Shown here one piece after another: positions 20,401-27,780 of a stretch of DNA of 64,000 bases. The notes beneath the pieces are model-generated. The model did not search any database. It saw nothing but the letters and a program-made list of their open reading frames with translations, and was not told where the DNA came from. Origin of the DNA: Verrucomicrobiia bacterium (GTDB lineage: Bacteria; Verrucomicrobiota; Verrucomicrobiia; Palsa-1439); NCBI GenBank assembly GCA_050010195.1, contig JBEKLM010000001.1:65045-129044 (forward strand), in the 5' to 3' direction. A program made the position numbers and the translations under genes. Each line of letters opens with the position of its first letter. Position 1 is the stretch's first letter.

Positions 20401-20989
20401 AGGGAAACTGGCCCAATTGCAGGACGGTCAAATGGCCCGCGTCGGCGGCATCATCAGCAAAATTGTGCCGAAGACGACGAAGCAGGGCAAACCCATGGCG
20501 ATCCTGACTCTGGAAGACCTCGATGGCTCGGTGGAAGTTCTCGTGTTCCCGGAGTCGTACGCGAAACACGCCGCTGGTTTGAAAACTGATGTCGCCGTCC
20601 TCTTGTGTGGCACGGTCAACTTGCGTGAAGACAAACCGAAGATCGTGGCGGAACAGGTCATCCCGCTCAGCGAAGTCCCGACACGGTTCACGAAAGCCGT
20701 GCACATCCGTATCTCCGCAGAAACAACCGAGGATTCAACCCTGACGCGCGTTCACGACGTCATGCGCACCCACCAAGGGAGCGTTCCCGTCTTGTTCTGC
20801 TTCATTTATCCCGACGGCAAACTGGTCTTTCTGGAAGCGCACGAACATTTTTCCGTCTCGCCGACGCAGCAATTCGTCCACGACGTCGAAGCCATCCTCG
20901 GCGAAGATAGCGTCTGGCTCAAAGTCGACACCGAGAAGTTGGCCGCGACCAACGGCAGCCGCCGCGAGCGCCGCTACGCCGCTGCCTAA
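17471..20989 (+). CDS. dnaE: DNA polymerase III alpha subunit
   Basis: PHP domain HLHLHTEYSLLDGA at N-terminus, polymerase core, OB fold; 1172 aa from ATG 17471. Confidence 0.95.
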   Translation: MKHSDFVHLHLHTEYSLLDGACRISDVVDKAHACKMPAVAMTDHGNMFGAIEFYKTAQEKGLKPIIGCETYIAPGSRLDKKSTNARDAAFHLVLLAKDDVGYKNLVKLVSSAHLEGFYYKPRIDKEILAQHSKGLIGLTSCLKGEVPNKIKEDQIPQAKAALDDYRHIFEPGDFYVELQNHGIEEQRTVNRTLIPWAKEFNLPMVATNDVHYVEREHWEAHDCLICLQTQSLLSDEKRMRYVSQQFYLRTPEEMHELFAETPEALQNTLAVAEKCNLLMEFGKLRFPVYEPPTGFTREHYLRHLCEQGMRDRYGIEWKQPKNAQEKQIVDRVEYELKIMEKTGFVSYFLIVWDFVHFARSNNIPVGPGRGSAAGSVVAYILKITDIDPLRYNLLFERFLNPERISPPDIDMDFCYNRRPEVIDYVRKKYGDDHVAQIITFGTLGAKMVVRDVGRVMGLSYGECDRIAKMIPPDIGMTLKKALEINPELKGAYNNEATVKRVIDYGFTLEGLSRNASTHAAGVVIGAEPLDNIVPLTTGTNSDEVVTQYSMNPLGDLGLLKMDFLGLKTLTVIQDALDIIEQTTGKRLDINKIPLDDKKTFDMLAKANTIGVFQLESQGMRDLCRRIGVDSVDVIIALIALFRPGPMNMLDDYVNRKHGKVKVEYDHPLLEPILKETFGVFVYQEQVMQATNALAGYSLGGADVLRRAMGKKKPEEMESQREIFIKGCHEKNKIPRGKANQIFDMLAKFAGYGFNKSHSAAYGVVSYQTAWLKANYPVEFMAAVLSNELANTDKIQLFINECKRMGIEVQAPDVNESGVRFTVGGGKIRFGLAAIKNVGEIAVQNVIQVREASGRFTSFEDFCTRVDLRIVNRKVLECLVKCGAYDSLGEPRAVVYAAVEYQMNRASSVQRDKERGQAALFDVEPVNARKKATGQAPSVEWSQSEMLAYEKELLGFYVTGHPLSEYAEILQRYELGSSGKLAQLQDGQMARVGGIISKIVPKTTKQGKPMAILTLEDLDGSVEVLVFPESYAKHAAGLKTDVAVLLCGTVNLREDKPKIVAEQVIPLSEVPTRFTKAVHIRISAETTEDSTLTRVHDVMRTHQGSVPVLFCFIYPDGKLVFLEAHEHFSVSPTQQFVHDVEAILGEDSVWLKVDTEKLAATNGSRRERRYAAA

Positions 20990-21056
20990 GAAGAGCCCCG
21001 CCTCGCCTCCACAGCGCCGAGGTGCTGCCTGGCTCAAGCCAAGAGCCTCACGGCTG

Positions 21057-21614
21057 TCACTTCGATGGAATGACGAGCTTCTGCCCGACCTTCAGCGAGT
21101 CGCTGGTCAGACTGTTGGCCTTCCTCAAATCGGCAACAGTGACGCCATTATTCTTGGCGATCACCGTCAGGTTGTCGCCCTTTTTGACCTCGTATTCATT
21201 GCCATTGGCCGGGCCGGCTGATGGATTGGTGGTGGTGCCGCCGCTACCGCCGCCATGCGAACCGCTCATGGCCGCGAGTTCCCTGGCGAGTTGATCGAGG
21301 ATGACTTTCTTGTCCGTCTCACGAGCGGCATCCAACGCCTTCACGCGTGCCTCTAGTGCCTCTAAGTCGTTGGCGGAGGCACTTGGTCCAGACTGATGGA
21401 GTTCTGCGAGTTGCGCCTGGACTTGTTTGAGGTCCTGCTGGATTTGCTGCTGGTTCGCTTGGATCGCATCGACGTCCGCCCGCAGCTTGCTGAGGCGCTC
21501 GTCAAGGATGGACACCTGCTGGCCGATGGTTTGGTCCTCGGCTGGCGCAGTTGGTGCACCAGCGGTGCCGAGGACGACCAGTGTGGCAAAAATGAGAAGC
21601 TCCGTGTGTTTCAT
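21057..21614 (-). CDS. Secreted LysM-domain protein with coiled-coil region
   Basis: Signal peptide MKHTELLIFATLVVLGTAGA. Gln-rich coiled coil. C-terminal LysM (YEVKKGDNLTVIAKNNGVTVADLRKANSL…LKVGQKLVIP). Confidence 0.7.
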   Translation of the reverse strand: MKHTELLIFATLVVLGTAGAPTAPAEDQTIGQQVSILDERLSKLRADVDAIQANQQQIQQDLKQVQAQLAELHQSGPSASANDLEALEARVKALDAARETDKKVILDQLARELAAMSGSHGGGSGGTTTNPSAGPANGNEYEVKKGDNLTVIAKNNGVTVADLRKANSLTSDSLKVGQKLVIPSK

Positions 21615-21710
21615 GGCGGCAGTCTAGAAATCGTGGCGAAACGTTGCAAGTCCCGAATCGGCCCATGCGGAACGGCCTGGCCCGGAGGCTGATAATGACT
21701 GGCCTGAATC

Positions 21711-23114
21711 GTGCTCCCCTGCATGATGGACCAGTATTTCATGAGCATATCTGACCTTCAACATACCGAGGATGTCGCAGTTGAGGCCGAGTTGGGAGGA
21801 CCCGTCGTACCCGAAATTCCGACGGATTCGCTCACCCCGCTCTTCGCCAATCCCGCTGACTGGTTCGTCCCCCCATTCCCCGAGAAACTGGAGGCTTTGG
21901 ATGTCAGCCCCGGCTTCCTCGCCGAACTTGCGCTGAAGACCGTGCCGCTGGACTCCGACTGCAGCACCGCCACGATCGCCACCCGCATGCACCTGGGCAT
22001 CATGATCACCGAGGCGCTCCTCCAGCGGTTGTGCCACGATCGATTCATAGAAATCAAAGGTGTGGTGGGCCTGCACAACCATCGCTACGCGATGCTCGAT
22101 CACGGCTGGGAGGAGTTGCGACGCCTCACCAGTTTTTGCAGTTACGCCGGTCCGGCCCCCGTCTCCCTGAAGTCCTATACGGAGATGATCACGCAACAGG
22201 TGCGCAACCGTCCGCCCGCGACGCGCCAGGCCATCGAGCAGGCGATGTCGAACCTGATCCTCTCCGATTACGCCAAGGAAATTATCGGGTTGGTCATCGG
22301 CTCGGGACGCAGCCTGTTCCTCACCGGACCGTCGGGCAACGGCAAAACCGCCACCGCGCGCGCCCTCGTCGACGCGCTCCCCGGCGAAATCTGGATCCCG
22401 TATGCCATCGAAGTCGACGGCCAGGTGATCCGCGTCTTCGACGCCCACAACCATTCGCCCATTCCGCACGCGAACGACAATCATGATCGCCGCTGGGTGC
22501 GCATCCGTCCGCCACTGGTGGTGGTCGGCGGAGAGTTGACGCTCGACAGCCTCGAACTCGCCTACACCGAGACGCAGCGTTTTTACGAAGCGCCCCTCCA
22601 CGTCAAATCCAACGGCGGCGTGTTGGTGGTGGATGACCTCGGTCGCCAGCGTTGCTCCGCGACGGAATTGCTCAACCGCTGGATTGTCCCGCTGGAATAC
22701 CACGTCGATTACCTCACGTTGAGCACCGGCAAGAAAATTCAGGTGCCGTTCGAGCAGATCGTGGTGTTCGCGACGAATCTCGCCGAATCCGACCTCGAAG
22801 ACGAAGCGTTCATGCGCCGCATGGGCTACCGCCTTCATGCGGACGCACCCAGCCCCGAGACCTACACGGAAATTTTCCTGCGGTATGCCCGCGCCCGCGG
22901 GTTGTTCGCGGATGAAAACCTGGTGACCCAGTTGTTGCAGAAATACCAGACCGAAGGCCGCATCCCCAAGGCCTGTGATCCCCGTGACCTGATCGATCGC
23001 ACCATCGACCTCTGCCGGCTGCACAGACAGCCCGTCAAGCTGACAGAAGAAGGCCTCGAAGTTATCTGGAAGGGCTATTTCGGCCAACCCGGTACCGATC
23101 CCAAGCGGCGTTGA
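21711..23114 (+). CDS. AAA+ ATPase-domain protein, hypothetical
   Basis: Walker A LTGPSGNGKT, Walker B VLVVDDLGRQ, sensor/arginine-finger region. N-terminal ~180 aa without recognisable domain. Confidence 0.6.
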   Translation: MLPCMMDQYFMSISDLQHTEDVAVEAELGGPVVPEIPTDSLTPLFANPADWFVPPFPEKLEALDVSPGFLAELALKTVPLDSDCSTATIATRMHLGIMITEALLQRLCHDRFIEIKGVVGLHNHRYAMLDHGWEELRRLTSFCSYAGPAPVSLKSYTEMITQQVRNRPPATRQAIEQAMSNLILSDYAKEIIGLVIGSGRSLFLTGPSGNGKTATARALVDALPGEIWIPYAIEVDGQVIRVFDAHNHSPIPHANDNHDRRWVRIRPPLVVVGGELTLDSLELAYTETQRFYEAPLHVKSNGGVLVVDDLGRQRCSATELLNRWIVPLEYHVDYLTLSTGKKIQVPFEQIVVFATNLAESDLEDEAFMRRMGYRLHADAPSPETYTEIFLRYARARGLFADENLVTQLLQKYQTEGRIPKACDPRDLIDRTIDLCRLHRQPVKLTEEGLEVIWKGYFGQPGTDPKRR

Positions 23115-23600
23115 CCCCCGAATTTGGGTTCGTTTTTGGGTTCGTTTCACTCAGTTTTCCACGCCGGCTTGAATAAAATTGGGTTCGTTTGGTAACCCCC
23201 CACCCCCGCGGCGTCCGCCCCTCGTTATGCCCCGCTCTTCGTAGGGTAGGGACGGCTCGCCGAGCCGTCCGCTCATCCCATCGCAGCATCTGTCGTAGCT
23301 GACCGCCAGCCGAGAACCCTGAACCGTGAACCTCGAACCGATCCCTATATCAAAGAACCTGATAACCTTCCCCGACTCTATCACACGTCCCCAACCGCGT
23401 CCAGCACGAAATATCATTGTAGGATAATCGAAATAATCCATCAGCCGCACCCCCCACGCGGCGGCCGTCTTGTAGGGCAACCGGCCCGGTTGCCGCCTTC
23501 CGAATTGTAGGGCGGGATTGCCCGAATCCGATGAGGGTATCCCGCCGCTTTCCGAAAACCATCCGGGCATTGCCACCGCCGCGATTTTTCTCTATCGTCC
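23115..23600. repeat. Non-coding repeat-rich region: three copies of GGGTTCGTTT plus three TGTAGGG-hairpin units
   Basis: GGGTTCGTTT at ~23128, 23140, 23194. The TGTAGGG hairpin units are at ~23243 (gggacggctcg/cgagccgtcc), ~23473 (gcaaccgg/ccggttgc) and ~23507 (cgggatt…aatccg). Confidence 0.5.
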
Positions 23601-23605
23601 TCCAT

Positions 23606-24349
23606 ATGAGCACCGATTTGAAAGGAAAGGTCGCATTGGTCACCGGCGCGTCGCGCGGGATCGGTCGCGCCATCGCCGAGCGGCTCAGCCGTGACGGCGC
23701 CGCGGTCGCCATAAATTATGCCTCTCAGGCGGCTGCCGCCCGGCAACTGGCCAGCGAAATTGAATCCGCCGGTGGAAAAGCGTTTGCCATTCAGGCCGAC
23801 GTGGGGCGCGTGGCGGACGTCGTCCGGCTCTTCGACGAAACCATCGCCCGCTTCGGGAAGCTCGATATTCTGGTGAATAACGCCGGCATCATGTCCACCA
23901 AGCCGGTCAGGGACGTGTCCGAGACCGAGTACGACCGCATTTTCGCGGTCAACGTGAAAGGCACCTTCTTCGCCTGCCAGCAGGCCGCCACCCGCCTCGC
24001 CGACGGCGGCCGCATCATCAATCTGTCCAGTTCGACCACCGCCCGGATCATGCCGAACTACGGCGCCTATGTCGCCACCAAGGGCGCGGTGGAACAGTTG
24101 ACCCGTTCCCTCGCGGGGGAACTCGGACCGCGCCGCATCACCGTCAATGCGATTTCACCGGGCCCGACCGAGACGGAGTTGTTCATGGACGGCAAAACCC
24201 CCGAACAGCTCCAGCGTTTCGCCCAGCAGGCCGCCCTCGGCCGGCTGGGTCAACCCGCCGAAATTGCCGAGGTCGTCGCCTTCCTCGCCTCCGACGCCGC
24301 CGCCTGGGTCACCGGCCAAAACCTCCGCGTCAACGGCGGCATCGCGTAA
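23606..24349 (+). CDS. SDR-family oxidoreductase (FabG-like 3-oxoacyl reductase)
   Basis: TGASRGIGRAIA cofactor motif, NNAG, catalytic S…Y…K (YVATKGAVEQ). ATG 23606 (MSTDLKGK). Confidence 0.85.
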   Translation: MSTDLKGKVALVTGASRGIGRAIAERLSRDGAAVAINYASQAAAARQLASEIESAGGKAFAIQADVGRVADVVRLFDETIARFGKLDILVNNAGIMSTKPVRDVSETEYDRIFAVNVKGTFFACQQAATRLADGGRIINLSSSTTARIMPNYGAYVATKGAVEQLTRSLAGELGPRRITVNAISPGPTETELFMDGKTPEQLQRFAQQAALGRLGQPAEIAEVVAFLASDAAAWVTGQNLRVNGGIA

Positions 24350-24610
24350 AACAAAACCGCCGCCCGGCGACGGCCTCTGCTTTCAGCCGATTCATTCCAG
24401 CCTGCGAGCCACGCCCGCAATGCAAGCGGGCATTGCCGACCACCTTTGGAGTTTGTAGGAAGTGGCGCAACGGCAACGGCTTAATTCGAATTACCGATAG
24501 GCCGGCGTTGCGGCAATTCGGGGTAGGGCCTGATACGGGAACGGCAACCTGAGTGGTTAAGAAATAGAGCTTGACACTGTTTTTAGTAAATATTACGAAT
24601 ATTAACCATT

Positions 24611-25273
24611 ATGAAATCACAATCTGAATTCTTAACCGCAATCCGTGACGACTGGACCCCCGAGAACATTGCCGGTTTGGTTTCAGCGATCACCGCTGGC
24701 TATGCGGCGGTGATCGAAAGAACAAACCCAAGCGTCGACCCGATTTACGACACACCGAATCTGTCACTCCTGCAGGGATACACACGATGGAACTTCGTAG
24801 ACTCTCGACTGTATCGCGCCTGCGACATAGGCCTTATCACGGGGATTAAACCGAAGTGGGTCCCTCTGACCGAAAATGGTACGGGGATTATGGCGCTGGA
24901 ATTGCAGGGTAGATTCACGTCCTTGATGGCGCATCACCTTCAGAATGCCGCCGACCCCCCAAGGTACTCGGAGCTGCGTTACGATCGGCGCCTTCGCAAC
25001 TGGCAGAATCCTATGCTTCCCGGGTACGGCGCTGACGAGCCGACCAACGGACTAATCCATTTGACGTTGGTTCACGGCAACAAGAATGCGGAGTTCGCGT
25101 TTCTCCGGATTTTCGACAATCCAGACGACCCGCAATCCTACGTCGCCGCGTCGGGGAACATCATGCTGAACCCGTCGATTATGATTTCGACCGAAGCGGA
25201 GCATGTCGAGGAGCCGAAGATTGAGCTGAAGAAGGAATCCCGCCAAGACGAACAACGAGCGCAGAACGAATGA
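24611..25273 (+). CDS. Hypothetical 220-aa protein (candidate toxin/effector partner of the downstream HTH-ImmA/IrrE gene)
   Basis: No recognisable motif, soluble, acidic/basic C-terminal tail. Stop overlaps the downstream start (ATGA). Lies in a low-GC islet; AT-rich promoter-like region with TTGACA at 24571. Confidence 0.5.
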   Translation: MKSQSEFLTAIRDDWTPENIAGLVSAITAGYAAVIERTNPSVDPIYDTPNLSLLQGYTRWNFVDSRLYRACDIGLITGIKPKWVPLTENGTGIMALELQGRFTSLMAHHLQNAADPPRYSELRYDRRLRNWQNPMLPGYGADEPTNGLIHLTLVHGNKNAEFAFLRIFDNPDDPQSYVAASGNIMLNPSIMISTEAEHVEEPKIELKKESRQDEQRAQNE

Positions 25274-26421
25274 ATCGCGCCGACCCAGAGAGAATCAGTC
25301 AAGCGAGAGAACTGGCCGGTCTTAGCAAGACGAAACTCGCTGACCTACTGGATGTGACGCCCGCCGCTGTCGCACAATGGGAAAGCGGTGTGAAGAGCCC
25401 GACAATGGATAACATAGTCGCGCTATCTCGTTCGTTGAATTTTCCAATGCCGCTGTTGCTAAGGGTGATTCCAAGAGAATTGTCCCATAAGGGGCCGGTC
25501 ACGTTTCGCGCATGGAACTCTGCAAACACACGTCGAGCCAATCGCCGAGCAGAACGATTGGCCGAACTAGTGGCCGAGGTGTTCCTGTGGCTGGAGCAGC
25601 ATATATCGTTGCCATCACCATCACTTCCGGAAATCAGCCATCGAGCGGACGTTGAGATGGCGGCCATAGAATGCAGAAGGACCTGGAAGCTCGGTGATCG
25701 CCCCATTCTGAAACTCGGAGAACTGATCGAATCAAAAGGCATAGCCATTGCGAGAGCCTCATTTGCCGACACCCGTTTCGACGCATTTTCGTGCATCATA
25801 AACGGTCGTCCATACGTTTTCTTGGGAGATGAGAAACTAGATCGCGCTCGGTCTCGCTTCGACGCTGCCCATGAGCTCGGACATCTTTTATTGCACCAAC
25901 ATCTGACAGAATCAGATTTCCTAACCGCAGACACGCTAAACACAATAGAAGCCGAAGCAAACCGTTTCGCAAGTGCGTTCCTGATGCCCGAAGGGACGTT
26001 CCTACCAGATGTTATGGATGCCAGCTTGGATGGATTTCTGAAATTGAAACCCAGATGGGGTGTTTCAGTCCAAGCAATGATCGTGCGTTCACACGATCTT
26101 GGGATCATCACTGACAACCAATACCGTGAGCTGTTTCGTCAGACAGGCTTGAAGGGATGGCGAAGAGCTAAGGGCGAGCCATTTGACGACATGGTACCAG
26201 ACATCCAAGGTTCGCTAGGAAAGAAGAGCTTAGAACTTTTGGAGTCAAACGCCGTTATACATGGCTGGGAGATCCCGACCGAGCTCCCAATGCCGACGCA
26301 TGTACTGTGCGAGGTGTTCCGAGCGAACCCTCAATTGTTCAGTCCCTCCGAGTTCGGGAATATAATCCCTTTCGAGAGGCCCGCTGAGGGTGACTCTACG
26401 GGCCGAAGGAGGAGTAATTGA
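25270..26421 (+). CDS. HTH_XRE (Cro/C1) DNA-binding domain fused to ImmA/IrrE-family (COG2856) zinc metallopeptidase
   Basis: N-terminal ISQARELAGLSKTKLADLLDVTPAAVAQWESGVKSPTMDNIVALSRSL is a classic XRE HTH. HELGHLLLH HEXXH plus downstream EANRFASAFLMPE glutamate match the ImmA/IrrE protease core. Confidence 0.8.
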   Translation: MNRADPERISQARELAGLSKTKLADLLDVTPAAVAQWESGVKSPTMDNIVALSRSLNFPMPLLLRVIPRELSHKGPVTFRAWNSANTRRANRRAERLAELVAEVFLWLEQHISLPSPSLPEISHRADVEMAAIECRRTWKLGDRPILKLGELIESKGIAIARASFADTRFDAFSCIINGRPYVFLGDEKLDRARSRFDAAHELGHLLLHQHLTESDFLTADTLNTIEAEANRFASAFLMPEGTFLPDVMDASLDGFLKLKPRWGVSVQAMIVRSHDLGIITDNQYRELFRQTGLKGWRRAKGEPFDDMVPDIQGSLGKKSLELLESNAVIHGWEIPTELPMPTHVLCEVFRANPQLFSPSEFGNIIPFERPAEGDSTGRRRSN

Positions 26422-26488
26422 AGCAGATCAACATGAGAGGAGACGATTACAATGTGCGGAGCTAAGAGGAAACCGCTGAGCTTCACAC

Positions 26489-26917
26489 TCAACGCTTGGG
26501 GAACAAATAATTGGCCACTATGATGAAAATACTTATGACGCTCGCGGTCGTCCCCCCAACCACGGCCAAGAGAACGCTGTCAGAAAGTTTGAAAACAGTC
26601 CTGATGGCGTAAAGTGCTTTCCCGTGAGAAATAATCATCGGAGGTGATGTCGTGTCGCTCAGGAAGCCCTGTAACAGCAGCATAGCGAACACACCGACAA
26701 GCCAGAGGCAGAGCATGCTGAAAATCTTGCGCGCATACTCTTTTCGCTCCGTGATGTCCTGACGGAATCCCTCCAGTTCCGCCTTCTGCCGATCGACCTC
26801 AATCTGCTTGGCATAATCCTTCTGTTCTTCTTCTGCTTCTGGCGTCGGCGCAGGAGCCGTGGGCTCTTTGATCTGCTTTAGGTTAATCATGGGCGCATCG
26901 GCGACCACAATCGTCAA
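26489..26917 (-). CDS. Small two-TM membrane protein (candidate membrane-acting toxin, PanT-like)
   Basis: Two hydrophobic helices (IFSMLCLWLVGVFAMLLLQGF and LLAVVGGTTASVISIFIIVANYLF). TTG start overlapping the upstream stop (TTGA); alternative ATG at 26890. Confidence 0.45.
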   Translation of the reverse strand: MTIVVADAPMINLKQIKEPTAPAPTPEAEEEQKDYAKQIEVDRQKAELEGFRQDITERKEYARKIFSMLCLWLVGVFAMLLLQGFLSDTTSPPMIISHGKALYAIRTVFKLSDSVLLAVVGGTTASVISIFIIVANYLFPKR

Positions 26918-27423
26918 TTCTTGGACTTTTGAAGGAAATATTCCTTTATCAAGCCATCCGGTATGTCGGCTCCCTTTTTGTCCTTCCCGCCCAACTCAAA
27001 CCAAGTTTTGAACCAAGGGGTGTCGGGTTGGTGTGTAAGTGTCGACAGCTGCAGTGCCGAGAAGCCGCCATATACTTCCCAAATTTTGTCGAAGAATTCC
27101 CCGAGAGTATGATCACTTGGCAGGCAACATTCGACGTACTTAATCTCCCCCTTTTTCATCCAAGCTTCCAAATCGAGGTCGGTGGCGTGATCCGTGATTG
27201 GCTCTGTTCCATATTGCTTGAATGCGTGATACACCGAGGGCACGACCGGGCCAAACCTCCACGCCTCAATCGATTCGTTCAGAAGCGCGGAATCTTTGAG
27301 TGCCAAATGCCAGCCGTGAGCAAAATAGAGTAGCTTTAGCAGCTTCATCGGGGTGACTGAGCTTCCCCGGCCGCTAGCAATATCCAGAATATGATTGGCG
27401 ACTGCCTTCGACGGATACCCCAT
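26914..27423 (-). CDS. Panacea-domain (DUF4065, GepA/SocA-like) protein, candidate PanA antitoxin
   Basis: MKLLKLLYFAHGWHLAL…EAWRFGPVVPSVYHAF matches the DUF4065/Panacea core (KLqKLlYfaqgW … aw..GPV…vY). 169 aa. Confidence 0.7.
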   Translation of the reverse strand: MGYPSKAVANHILDIASGRGSSVTPMKLLKLLYFAHGWHLALKDSALLNESIEAWRFGPVVPSVYHAFKQYGTEPITDHATDLDLEAWMKKGEIKYVECCLPSDHTLGEFFDKIWEVYGGFSALQLSTLTHQPDTPWFKTWFELGGKDKKGADIPDGLIKEYFLQKSKN

Positions 27424-27557
27424 GAATGCACCTTTTCACATGTTGCTAGATTCGCGTCAAGCACAACGATGTACCACACTTTTGTGTGGTGTCAAGCTTT
27501 TTGAATCTTTGCGTCCATCCGATTTCAAACCGAGCCACCATCCCGCTTTCGTCGGAG

Positions 27558-27586
27558 TTGACATCCCCCGCCGGATTTGCTAGCTT
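27558..27586 (+). promoter_or_regulatory. Candidate sigma70-type promoter for the aro leader transcript (TTGACA-17-TGcTAGCTT, extended -10)
   Basis: TTGACA 27558-27563, 17-nt spacer, TGn + TAGCTT 27578-27586. The predicted TSS would be only ~4 nt before the leader ATG, so this is uncertain. Confidence 0.3.
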
Positions 27587-27596
27587 ACATTTGAAC

Positions 27597-27686
27597 ATGA
27601 AGTCAGTGCATCAATACATCTCCGCAGTCCGGGCGTCGTATTATTGGTTTTACTTTAGCCAGCCCTGTCTGCGGGCTGTGTGTTGA
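27597..27686 (+). CDS. 29-codon attenuator leader peptide MKSVHQYISAVRASYYWFYFSQPCLRAVC with six consecutive aromatic codons
   Basis: Codons 27639-27656 = UAU UAU UGG UUU UAC UUU (Y Y W F Y F). The stop is 22 nt before an intrinsic terminator, directly upstream of the DAHP synthase gene. No obvious SD. Confidence 0.55.
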   Translation: MKSVHQYISAVRASYYWFYFSQPCLRAVC

Positions 27687-27707
27687 TGCGTAAACGTTGA
27701 CACCCAA

Positions 27708-27736
27708 CCGTCCCGCAGACGCGGGACGGTTTTTTT
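27708..27736 (+). terminator. Rho-independent terminator (attenuator 3:4 hairpin) ccgtcccgc-agac-gcgggacgg + T7
   Basis: 9-bp GC-rich stem 27708-27716/27721-27729, 4-nt loop, seven T 27730-27736. Upstream segment 27667-27675 (gtctgcggg) is complementary to 27712-27720 (cccgcagac) = antiterminator. 27660-27665 (cagccc) pairs with 27673-27678 (gggctg) = anti-antiterminator. Confidence 0.7.
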
Positions 27737-27780
27737 ATTGCCCAAAACCGAACCGCGTACAGGACATAAGGAGCAAAGGA

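Noticed and set aside
21624-23150. 508-aa minus-strand ORF opposite the AAA+ ATPase gene and extending into the repeat region
   Set aside because: The plus-strand gene has Walker A/B motifs; the minus ORF is Gly/Arg/Ala-rich with no features.
23125-23200. Three GGGTTCGTTT copies considered as a mini CRISPR-like array
   Set aside because: Repeats are only 10 nt with irregular 2-nt and 44-nt spacing, with no cas genes nearby; recorded as a short tandem motif instead.
27486-27686. 66-aa version of the leader ORF starting at GTG 27486
   Set aside because: The internal ATG at 27597 gives a 29-aa peptide of typical leader size, placed correctly relative to the predicted promoter and hairpins. The long form would start upstream of the candidate promoter.
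27696-27701. Second TTGACA just upstream of the attenuator terminator, considered as a promoter for the DAHP synthase gene
   Set aside because: No plausible -10 element 16-19 nt downstream (the region is the GC-rich terminator stem); likely coincidental.
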